Source of the DNA: the human T2T-CHM13v2.0 reference genome, Homo sapiens | Direction: 5' to 3' (one strand) | DNA: 64,000 nt | NCBI RefSeq assembly: GCF_009914755.1 | Contig: NC_060928.1 | Part shown: positions 53,183 through 64,000 of the stretch, one piece after another | Layout: each line of letters begins with the position of its first letter | Position numbering within the stretch: position 1 is the stretch's first letter | The notes under the pieces: generated by a model | Database searches by the model: none | Told to the model about the DNA's origin: nothing | Seen by the model: the letters and a program-made list of their open reading frames with translations, nothing else | Program-made: the position numbers and the translations under genes

Positions 53183-53799
53183 TAACTTTGATTTCTTAAG
53201 GCAGACATTAACAGATAGATATGGATGTGTGATGGAACATTCCAGAAAGAGTGTAAGACCTTACTATTTCCATATCTTCTTCCCCCGACCTTTTTCTGCT
53301 TTCTCTTATTTTATTTCAAAACTTGAAAGGCAATTTTCTTCACAAATATGAGAACTTGCCCGTGAAGCATGTGTTGGCTGCTTTGTCTTCTGTATCATGA
53401 ATTTCTGTTTATATTATTACTTCATTGGTTCTTCATTTATCTTTATTTACCTTATTGACTTGAACACTAAACTTATATGCATCTTTCTCTAAGTAATGCT
53501 TTAGTTGCTTACTACAAAGTGTGATTTGTAATTATTTCATTATTATTACATTTAAATATATTTTAATGTTCAAAGTGATATATTTTCTGAAACCCAAAAA
53601 TCTAAGTGCATGTCTTTTAATAATGTTTTAAATTTAAATTTTTAAATTTTAAATATATTTTTTCTTTCTCACTGTATTACAAAATTATTATAAATTCTAT
53701 TTTGGTCAGAAAAAATCTATTATTATTATTATTTATTTCTATTATTTCTATTTGAAAATTTGCATTTTAGCCTAATACCTGGTTAATTGTTATAAATTA

Positions 53800-54191
53800 T
53801 TCATTGTATTTGCTAGAAATGCCATGATACAAAATACCACAGGCTAGTGGCTTAAACAACTGAAATCTGTTGTTTAATAATAATGGATGCCAGAAGTCTG
53901 AGATAAAGGTATTAGCCAGGTTGCTTCTTCTGAGTCCTCTCTCCTTGGCCTGTGGATTGCAGTCTTCTCTCTCTGTCTTCACATGGTCTTAACCTCATCT
54001 TGTCTGTGTCTTGATCTCCTCTTCCTACAAAGATACCAGTCATATTAGACTAGGGTCCACCCTAATGATCTCATTTAACCACAGTTACCTCTTTAAAGAC
54101 TCTGTCTCCAAATACAGTCACATTGTAAGGTACTAGAGGTTAGGAGTTCAACATATGAATTTTGGAGGGGACATAAATTCAACCCATAACA
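53800..54191 (-). mobile_element. MLT1B LTR
   Basis: AAAATACCACAGGCTAGTGGCTTAAACAAC...CTCCAAATACAGTCACATT...AATTCAACCCATAACA. Confidence 0.9.
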
Positions 54192-54251
54192 TCCACAGAT
54201 TTTGAAAAAAAGTTTGCAACTAAATTTCCTATGTGGAGAGATCTATTTATG

Positions 54252-54253
<2 letters not shown>

Positions 54254-54288
<35 letters not shown>

Positions 54289-54568
54289 GAGACAAGGTCT
54301 TGCTCTGTTGCCCAGGCTGGAGTGCAGTGGTGGAATCACAGCTCACTGCAGCATTGACCTCCCATGCTCCAGTGATCCTTTCACCTAAGCCTCCCAAGCA
54401 GCTGCCACCATGCCGAACTAATTTATTTACTTTTTGTTTTAAAATTTTAATAGAGACAGAATCTCTCTATGTTGCCCAGCTTGGTCTTGAACTTCGGGGC
54501 TCAAGCAATCCTCCCACCTCAGCCTCCAGAAGTGCTGGGATTACAGGCACGAGCCACCGTGCCTGGCT
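54254..54568 (-). mobile_element. AluJ with (TAT)n tail
   Basis: CACAGCTCACTGCAGC, GCTCAAGCAATCCTCCCACCTCAGCC (J-type); ~11 TAT units. Confidence 0.93.
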
Positions 54569-54772
54569 TATTTATATTATATCAATCAATCTTGCTAATT
54601 GTGTTACAATATTTTTGTCCTTATTAATTTTTTACCTTATAAAGACATTCACATAAAGGTTGCATTGAAATCTCTAGCCATATGAATTTGTGAATATTTC
54701 TATATAATTCTCTCATTTTTTGTTTATATACTTCGAGGCTATGTTATTACCTGCATACAATAATTTTTATAA

Positions 54773-55098
<326 letters not shown>

Positions 55099-55127
55099 AA
55101 TATTTCCTTTTGAAAAACGTTAGTAGA

Positions 55128-55675
55128 TGTATTAGTCAGGGTTCTCTAAAGGGACAGGACTAATAGGATAGATGAATATATGGAGGGATGTTTATTAAGG
55201 AGTATTGACTCACACAATCACATGATGAAGTCCCACAATAGACCGTCTGCAAGCTGAGGAGCGAGGGAACCAGGCCGAGTTCCAAAACCTCAAAAGTAGG
55301 GAAGCCGACAGTGCAGCCTTCTGTATGTGGTGAAGGCCCAAGAGCCCCCCGCAAATCACTGGTGTAGGTCCAAGAGTCCAAAAGCTGAAGAACTTGGAAT
55401 CTGATGTTCGAGGGCAGGAAGCATCCAGCACAGAAGAAAGATAAAGGCCAGAAGGCTCAGCAAGTCACTTCATTCCACTTTGTTCTGCCTGCTTTATTCT
55501 AGCTGTGCTGATAGCTGATTACATGGTGCCCACCCAGATTGAGGATGGGTCTGCTTCTCCCAGTCGACTGACTCAAATGTTGATCTCCTTTGGCAACACC
55601 CTCACAGACACCCCTGGGAACAATACTTTGCACCCTTGAATCCAATCAAGTTGACACTCAATATTAACCATCACG
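55128..55675 (-). mobile_element. MLT2A2-like HERV-L solo LTR
   Basis: TGTATTAGTCAGGGTTCTCT...CAAAAGTAGGGAAGCCGACAGTGCAGCC...CAAGTTGACACTCAATATTAACCATCAC. Confidence 0.92.
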
Positions 55676-56201
55676 GCAGGGTTTACCTTTTCCTTTCGCT
55701 ATATATATTTTTATTAAAGTTTATTTTTTTGGATAGGGGCGTTGCTATTCCAAATTGCCTTTGTTAGCATTCTTTTGATTTATCTTTTTCATTTCTTTAG
55801 TTTCAGCTATTTTGTTTCTTTATGTTTTGTCCCTTCTGAACATCACATTAGCTAGATATTTTCAATTAAAATCTTTTAACTAGTGTATAGTCTGATTACT
55901 TATTTAATTGCTAAAATATTTATGTTTGAGTCGTGAAATTTTTACTTTATTATTATTTACCTTGTTTTGTATTTGCTTTATTTTTTTCCTTTACTCACAT
56001 TTCTTTATTTTACTTTCCTCTCTTTACCAGGTTGAAGCTTATGTATTTTATTTTTATTCTTTCAGTGGTTACACCTTACATGTTTGATGTGAATGTTTGG
56101 CTTATTAAAGTCTAATGTTAATTACTACTTGTATCTTCTTTAAAAATATGCAAGGTTCTTATAGTGCTTGAATTCTGATCACCACCCTCTCATTTTATGT
56201 A

Positions 56202-56704
56202 TGGTAGTCCCCCCTTATTTACAGGGAATACTCCAAGACTCCCAAGCGATGCCTGAAGCCTCCCTGGATAGTATCAAATACTATATATACTATGTTTTTT
56301 CCTATACATACTATGATAAAGTTTAATTTATAAATGAGGCACAGCAAGATATTAACAACAACAATAGTAAATTAGAACAATTATAACAATGTGCCAGTAT
56401 CACTACTCTTGCAGTTTGAGACCATTATTAATTAAAATAAGGGTCATTTGAACACAAGCACGGTGATACTGAGAGAGTTGAGGTGATAATCAAGACTGTT
56501 ACGAAGTGACTAAAGGGCAGTGTGGATATCTGAACAGAGGGATGATTCCTGTCCTGGGTGGGATGGAGCAGGACAGCACGAGACTTCATCAGAATGACAT
56601 GCAACTTAAACCTATGAATTGTCTATTTCTGAAATTTCCCACTTAATATTTTCTGACCTCAATTGGCCATAGGTAGAATCTGCAGAAAGCAAAACTGACT
56701 ACTG
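56202..56704 (-). mobile_element. MER44B-like DNA transposon
   Basis: TA|TGGTAGTCCCCCCTTAT...TATGATAAAGTTTAATTTATAAAT...GACTACTG|TA. Confidence 0.88.
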
Positions 56705-56786
56705 TATTGCTGATTTACAGCATTTTAATTTAACATTATTTTAACATTATATGAATCATTATACTCATTATTTTATAAAGTTCATG

Positions 56787-57150
56787 AGCTATAGACAGAA
56801 TGTTTGTGTCTCCAAAAATTCATATGTTGAAATTCTAATTCCCAGTGTGATGGTGTCAGGAGGAGAGGCCTTTGGGATATTATTAGCTCAGGAGGGTGGA
56901 GCCCTCAGGTATGGGATTTGTGCCCTTACAAAAGAGACCCAAGAGAGTTCCCTTGCCCCCTCCTGCCATGTGTGGATGCAGTGGGAAGATGCTGTCTATG
57001 AATCTGAAGCAAATCCTCACCAGATATCTAATCTGCCATCACCCTGACCTTGCACTTTCCAGCTTTTGGAACAATGAGAAATAAGTTTCTGTTGCTTACA
57101 ATCCACCCTGTTTATGGTATTCTGTTAAAAACAGCCTGAACAGGTTGACA
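56787..57150 (+). mobile_element. MLT1A LTR
   Basis: GAATGTTTGTGTCTCC.AAAATTCATATGTTGAAA...GAGGGTGGAGCCCTCA...TTATGGTATTCTGTT. Confidence 0.88.
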
Positions 57151-57200
57151 CCATACTTATATTTACCCATACGTTTAATAACTTCTGCCTACACTTCTTT

Positions 57201-57240
57201 GGAATTCAATTTCCTTCTTCGGGATTCAATTTCCTTCTTC
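57201..57240. repeat. 20-bp tandem duplication
   Basis: GG(A/G)ATTCAATTTCCTTCTTC twice. Confidence 0.9.
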
Positions 57241-57422
57241 AACAGGTATGACCTTTCTTTCAGAGAAGGTTTGTAAGAAATAAGTTGAGTTTGCATTGGG
57301 TAGAGAATAAGGTTATTTTATCCTTACTTTTGAGAATATTCTCAGATATCAGTTATTTTATCAGGACTTTGAAAATTGCTCCATTGTTTTATTGCCTTAT
57401 TTTCACTGTTGAAAGTCTGCTA

Positions 57423-57788
<366 letters not shown>

Positions 57789-58502
57789 CTAACACTTAAT
57801 TTCTCCTTATCTTTGGTGTTGGGAAGTTTTTATCTCATATATTGAGGTTTGATGTTTTGTTTTGTTTTAATTCTGCCTAAAACTCATTGTGCTTTCTAAC
57901 TTTCTATGCTGAAAAATTCTCAGCCATTATTCCTCAAATATTGCTATTCCCTATCTCATCTGTTCTCTTTTTCTGGTACTCCATTTACACACCTAAGGAA
58001 AGGACAATCATTTCCAAGAGATTCCTTTTATTTCAGTCTCTCCGTGTTTTGGACATAGGGTATTTTTACAAAGTTACATAACCCCTTAAAAGAATGCTTA
58101 TTTTATTTTACTCAGTCACTTTTAGGTATTGGTAGCGGAAGAGTTTTAGTTTTACTATCTGGAACCAGGGATTGGGAACTAATCTTCAAACCTTCTTTTT
58201 TTATGGTAGGAGAATCTTCTAAAACATAAAATACTATTCAAAAGAACACTATATAAAACAGGGAAACAGAGGAAATGCTTAGGTTAAAGTGAATATACAG
58301 TGGCACGTCTTCCTTTTTGCCTGTGATCCCTGACATCACTCCAAGGAGCGGTAGAGCTCCAAGGAACACACTTTGCAAACTTCTTTAATGGGATGAATTT
58401 ATTTTCATAACCTTTTGACATAAGCCTGATGCCACCAAATGTGCAATGGAATTTTAGTTGGGTGACCTCGATGATAGTCTCAACTTTGCTATTAATTAGC
58501 TA

Positions 58503-58932
58503 TGTTAAAATAAAAAAAAAATCTTTAGACAAATTACATTTCATAGAGTTTAATTGAGCAAAGAATGATTCACAAATCGGGATGCCCCAGAACCAGGATA
58601 GATGTGACTCAGGAACTGCCACATGATCAGATAACATTTATGGACAGAAAAAGGAAAGTGACATATGGAAAATGAAAGCGAGGTAAGAAAGAGCTGGGTT
58701 AGTTACAGCGCAGTGTCTGCCGTATTTGAACATGGTTTAAACAGTTGGCTGCCTGTGATTGGCCAAAATCACATTGGCTGCTATGATTGGCTGAGACTCT
58801 GCTACTTGTCATAAGATCAGGTGCGGTCTGTTCACCCTTCCAGTTAGGTGATACTTCACTATGTATGGAGAAGCTTTTAGGCCTAACTTAAAATACGTAA
58901 GGAGGAATCTTTAGGCTACACTTAATTTAACA
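58503..58932 (-). mobile_element. MER57 (ERV1) solo LTR, inserted in a MIR remnant (~58455-59030)
   Basis: TGTTAAAA...GAGTTTAATTGAGCAAAGAATGATTC...TGATTGGC repeats...CTTAATTTAACA; MIR core CAGTTTTCTCATTTTTAAAA resumes after it. Confidence 0.88.
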
Positions 58933-61509
58933 GCCATATGACCTTATGCAGTGCACTCAAAATCTCTGGAAGTCAGTTTTCTCATTTTTAAAAACAGACT
59001 GTTGGACTAAATGATTTCTAATTGCCCCTTTTTGAAATATTCTAGAATTGTTAGTGTTCAACCAGAAACTCTTCTAGCATAATATTCTGGAGATACCAGG
59101 AATAAGAATGCCATTCTAGTACTAAGTTAAACACAGTTCTCTCTACTATTTATACTCTCAGGATTATTCAGCAATTTATTTTATGTAGCTTGACCACAAG
59201 ATATATTTAAAATATGGATTTAAATTTAGACTTTGGCTGAACATTCAGAAATTAAATTCAACCTATAGCTATATATGAAGCTTTATGATTAAAATTAGCT
59301 TAAGTGATAAACTTGTGCACACAGCCAATTTTAAGTTTAATATAAGTGGAAGGGAAATAATAGCAAGGATGGGTTTTGAAAAGATGTTTGTAAAAGAAAT
59401 TCCTCATGAATCTTATTCTTCTTTCAGCCATCACCACAATTGGTCACAGTATTCAACATCTAAGAAGAAGTCTTCAGAATATAAATTTCTCTTTAGTAAC
59501 TATGCCAACATTCAAAACAAAAAGATTTTTAAGAGGGCTTCATTTTTCTCCTTTTTTACTTTTTAGAAGTAATCATTTCTGCTTCTGAAACAAGTTCATC
59601 TAAGTTTATTGTACTACTCTGGATAGAGATTAGGACATAACATAAGTTAGCTGTGTTGTAGCTTATTTAGGATACAGCTAATAGCAGTAGAAAAAGAACT
59701 GAAAATGTTGGTATGATACAGTGTTAAATTATATTTTGCAAGCTTTAGCTTAAAGTGTCCCTTATGTTATCATGTAGTTTTCTTTCAATTACTCTTTGAA
59801 GCTTCATTTTAATGATCAAATACAGGATAAAACATATTATTTGTAAAATGGGTCAGACTTGACCTGAAGTTGATGCTGTAAATGTACAAAAATTGAATTT
59901 GAAACACTTTTAATATGTTGGGTTATACTAGGGAGGTCCATACTGAGAAAATACACATTTTTCCAAATTTTGGATGTAATTTCTTACCTTTTTCTGTGAT
60001 TTCATATTCAAATTGGTTATATTAGATTTGCACACCTATAATTATCATATTTTATCCCATACTGGACTTCTACTTAGAAGCTATTCATTTAAGATGGTGT
60101 TTAGAATTCAGTTAGCTAATGATTAAACATTCATATTTTAATATTTTATTAAATTAGAAGTAAATGACCCTAAATTCACATGTGAAAACTTAAGATGATG
60201 AATTAGGCCTATTTTATGTCAGGAAATAATGTTTGTTATGCAGTCCACTGGATTCTCAGGGAAATTAGAGTAAAGAGACCTCTCTCTAGGAGTTAACACC
60301 TACCTCCCAGGCAGAAAGGTTGAACAATCTATCAGGAAGGTCAGATTTTTAATCCCAGAGAATATTCAGTCAGGAAGCAATAGATATTTGTTCACTGTGC
60401 CCACTCCACTCGCACCCATTGATGTGAACAACCATAGGCTAGAAACCACTGCAACTGTCATAAAGCACTTGGTGGTTTTGCTCAGATTTGTTATAAAAAT
60501 AAAGGAAATTGAATTAAAATTCTTATAACAGTTCTTACATACATATAGAAATGAGCAAATGTCAGCTGCTTTGTAAAATTCTTTATATAAAAAGAATTTT
60601 GTATACTCTAATTTGTAAATAGTTTTTTGAAAGAAAAATAACAGGCAGACTCATACGGTAATCTTTTTAACAGGTTCTGGGCCACTTTAAGAATAAGTTG
60701 GGTTTTTTCCTGTAAAGTTTTCCAGTTTTTATTGGCAGATGTTTCTTATCATCAGATGCTATTAAGTAGATACATTAAGATACACATCATGCTTTGGTAT
60801 TCAATGAACATTAGAATCTTTCAAAATATTAGATACTAGAAAAATACTTAATGGTAAAGCCAATTAAGTCCATTCCAAATCAGAAATACTTTATGAGTTT
60901 CTTTAAAAGTTATTCTTTCAGCCTATACCAGCTTAATAGAAATGCTTGAGTGATTAAATGAAACCCTGTCAGTTGTTGCGATGGCATAAATCTGCAGAGA
61001 TTTCTTCAGTCAGCTTATCTTATATGCATTCTTTGCTATTGTTACAGAACATAACTTTCCTTTTAGGGACAGAATTTTGTAAGAGATTCTTAACGGTATT
61101 ACTCTGAATAAATAGATGTCATGTGGGTGAATAATGTTTAGAGTCTGTCAAACACTACCAAGAAATTTTTCTTAACCTCAATTTCCCGTAAGGGCAAAGA
61201 GAGGTGATTGCATAAAAATGCAGGTTAAATTCTAAATTCACGGTTTATAAAATCAATTATTTTCAAATATCTTTGTAATAGAAGGTAGAATGAAGACGTA
61301 AATGACTTTATTAAAACGTAGCATTATGCACGCCCGTGCCAGGTTTTCTGTTGTCTCTGGTTCATCGGGAAGTATCTGACATAGTGACTGACTACACAGA
61401 TCAGGCCCAGCTTGGACAGGCTCTGCCACTCACCAGGGTTTGACCAGGTGAAACCGCCATGTGTGTCCGTTAAAAAATTGTGGAATGTCGGCCATTTCAT
61501 ATTGCTCAA

Positions 61510-61700
61510 GCTAATAAGAGTGTGATCGTGGGCAAATTGTTTAATTTCTTTAGGGCTGAATATCCTCACTTATAACTTGGAGAAAATAAAGTTTATTTCA
61601 TAACATTATTACAAGAACTAAATGTAATATGCATATAAAATAATTTGCACCTTGTTGAGCAGATAATAGCTATTTCAGTAGAAGGTAACTATTGTTATAC
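61510..61700 (+). mobile_element. MIR
   Basis: GTGTGATCGTGGGCAAATTGTTTAATTTCT...TCCTCACTTATAA. Confidence 0.6.
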
Positions 61701-62067
61701 TAACCCTACTGTTACCATAGCAGTAGTGTAGGGAGGTGAGGAACACTGTTATCATGGATAAAATCAGTGTTAGAGAGAGTTCCCTTAGGAAACAACCTGA
61801 AGTACCCACATTTCCTTCTTCAGTTCAAGATACCTGAGTTTCTGGGTCTTCCAGAGAAGAGTATGGCTAAGTTCTCATTTGCTGACCCAGAAGAATTCTT
61901 TCCCAGCTTTATGCGTGGGCGTCTATTGAGGTTGCATTTATGGCTTTTATTTCAGTTTGAGGGGATTCAAGACATTGACAAGAAGGGATTTAACCTCAGA
62001 ATCTTATTTTTGGTGAGTTAAAAAAATTGTGTCTTATCTCACATTCACTAGTTCTTTTATTTTCTAG

Positions 62068-62250
62068 ATTCCTCTTAGGACTCTAGATGCACGGAGAGTG
62101 GCCAGATTAATACAGACTGGCAAAAGAAGAACTTGGCAAAGTGATTTGATCACACACTTCTCACCCTCACATCTCCTGACAGTTCCCCTAATCCCTGCCC
62201 CACTTCCCCGTCATGGGCTTCCATCAGGAAACTCCTTGATATCATCTTCG
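62068..62250 (+). other. Candidate 183-nt exon
   Basis: TTCTTTTATTTTCTAG| ... TCG|GTATGT; frame 0 open throughout; no homology recognised. Confidence 0.2.
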
Positions 62251-63454
62251 GTATGTACCTCATAAAGTTAAGAAATGGAATATTAATAACAACTTTTAAC
62301 ATAATCTTCGCATACCAGAAGGAAACAAATGTGCCCAGCACATAATACAAATTTTAGCTGCTTTAAAAATCGTTTTTATTATAGACCTCTCCTACCCCCT
62401 TAAGGAAATCAAAGTTGGGGGATTTATGTAATTTTCCCAAAATGTCGGTTAGGAAATGAGGAATTGGCTTTAGAACCCAAGTCTCTTCTACCAAAGCCTT
62501 GTTTGGATGACATTCCCTCCTATATTTGCCCATAAAGCCTAGCATTTATTACTCTATATAATATTCACCTATGTACTTGTCTACTTTTTCCAAACTGAGG
62601 GCAACTTGAAGGTATGGGATGCTTTTTGTTCATCCTTTTAACTCCAATCCAAACATGTATTTTGTGAATAACTGAAAGAGTTTACTTCCCCCATATTCTT
62701 TTCAATTGATACTTTGAGGGAACTTAGCAATGTTTCTGATTTTTGCTTTATCCCTGGATATGGCTTTTGGCAACCCTTAGTTAAAATCTCAGCACCTCCC
62801 AGAGACCTTGTACTATGAAATCCTCATCCCTAGCCAGTGCTGTTGTCTCTCAGGTCATAGCTAAAACCAACCCCTTGACTGAGGAGCCCCAGATAACTAT
62901 TTGCTTGGTCTGAATTGTGGCCAGGAGTGAAAGGAGAAAAAATGGAAAGAAAACATGAACAATCCACTCTAGCAGAGAAATATCAATAGGCACAGAGAAA
63001 TATTGTAGTAACTGGCATAAGAGGTCATGCCTAAAAAGAACGAGTATAATGCTTGTTGCTTCATTGGAGCCATGAATGTCTTCTCAGAGGCTCTGCAGCA
63101 TTTTACTCGAGAGGTGAGACAAGCATCAGCTTGGTTCAGGTTTGCACTGATGTTTGAAATTTGTAGTAGGAGATAGATTTATTATTTAATTTATTTATTT
63201 AGATTTATTTCAGGTTTGAATCAATTCACCAAGTTTTGAAATAATTATATTCCTTTAGGCTTAAAATTTATTAAGTTAGTGTAGCTCATTTTGGTTTTTG
63301 TTTTATGCTTCCACAGAGGTCCTTGGTTACTGTTGAGTGATCAGCCATGGTTATTATGTTGAAGATGCTACGTTCGCATCTTGCTGTCTCTCTTACTACT
63401 GCTCTGTAGGAAATCCAGGGACCAAACAGGTCTTTATTATGATTATCAGCACTG

Positions 63455-63990
63455 TTTACTCAAAAAAAAGTTTACTGAATGCCTTCTGTGGGCCAGGTAT
63501 TGGAGGAGACATACAATAAGCAAATAAATATGTCATAAGTCAAGGGGGTGATAATTGCTATAAAGGGAAAATAAAGCAGGGCAAGGTGAGAGGGTGCAAG
63601 GTAGTAGGCAGCTGTAACTGCCTTATATGGGTGGGGCGGTGAGATTTGACTTCTTCTGTTGAGTTAGCATTTGGGAAGAAACCAGAAGGAAGAGAGGAAT
63701 TAAGCCATGTGGTCAACTGGAGGAAGAACATTCCAGGCTGAGAGAATAGCATGTGCAAAGGCCCTGGGGAAGAACACTTGATGTGATTGAGGAACAGCCA
63801 TGAGAGTGGAGGGGAATGAGTCAGAGAGCAAGTGGTAGAAGTCAGTGAGCAGCTGGAGACCTGGTGAAAGACTTTTGCCCTTGGAATGGTGGAGGAGTGA
63901 CATGACTTGCTCAATAGGGGAATGGAGAGAAAAGAAGTGAAAGCAGGAAGACCAAATTGGAGAATGCTGAGAAGAATCCAGTGTGTCACA
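63455..63990 (-). mobile_element. L2a fragment
   Basis: GGAAGAACATTCCAGGCTGAGAGAATAGCATGTGCAAAGGCCCTG, GAAAATAAAGCAGGG. Confidence 0.85.
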
Positions 63991-64000
63991 GAGAGTGGTG

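Overview
Primate (human-like) AT-rich, CpG-depleted, essentially non-coding genomic DNA. It is dominated by interspersed repeats: Alu J/S/Y, L1PA/L1MA/L1MB/L1ME, HAL1, L2, CR1/L3, MIR, MaLR LTRs (THE1, MST, MLT1), ERVL/ERV1 LTRs (MLT2, MER21, MER57) and DNA-transposon fossils (MER44, Tigger2a, MER2, MER5, MER58, MER53, MER96). No protein-coding gene can be called, and the long ORFs in the track are microsatellite, Alu or THE1-int artefacts. The first ~3 kb has several + strand splice-acceptor-like and poly(A) signals and may be the 3' end of a gene lying upstream, but I cannot name it. I see no evidence of a new multi-gene biological system. The most notable observations are structural: (1) a ~130-bp duplication bracketing an L1MA insertion, possibly a very long target-site duplication; (2) a complete THE1 provirus nested in a complete ancient MLT1 provirus; (3) a ~200-bp local templated duplication; (4) several fold-back (template-switch) micro-inversions; (5) a 19-unit GGAA microsatellite. 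Repeat subfamily names are from remembered consensus sequences, not a search, and boundaries of old repeats are approximate.
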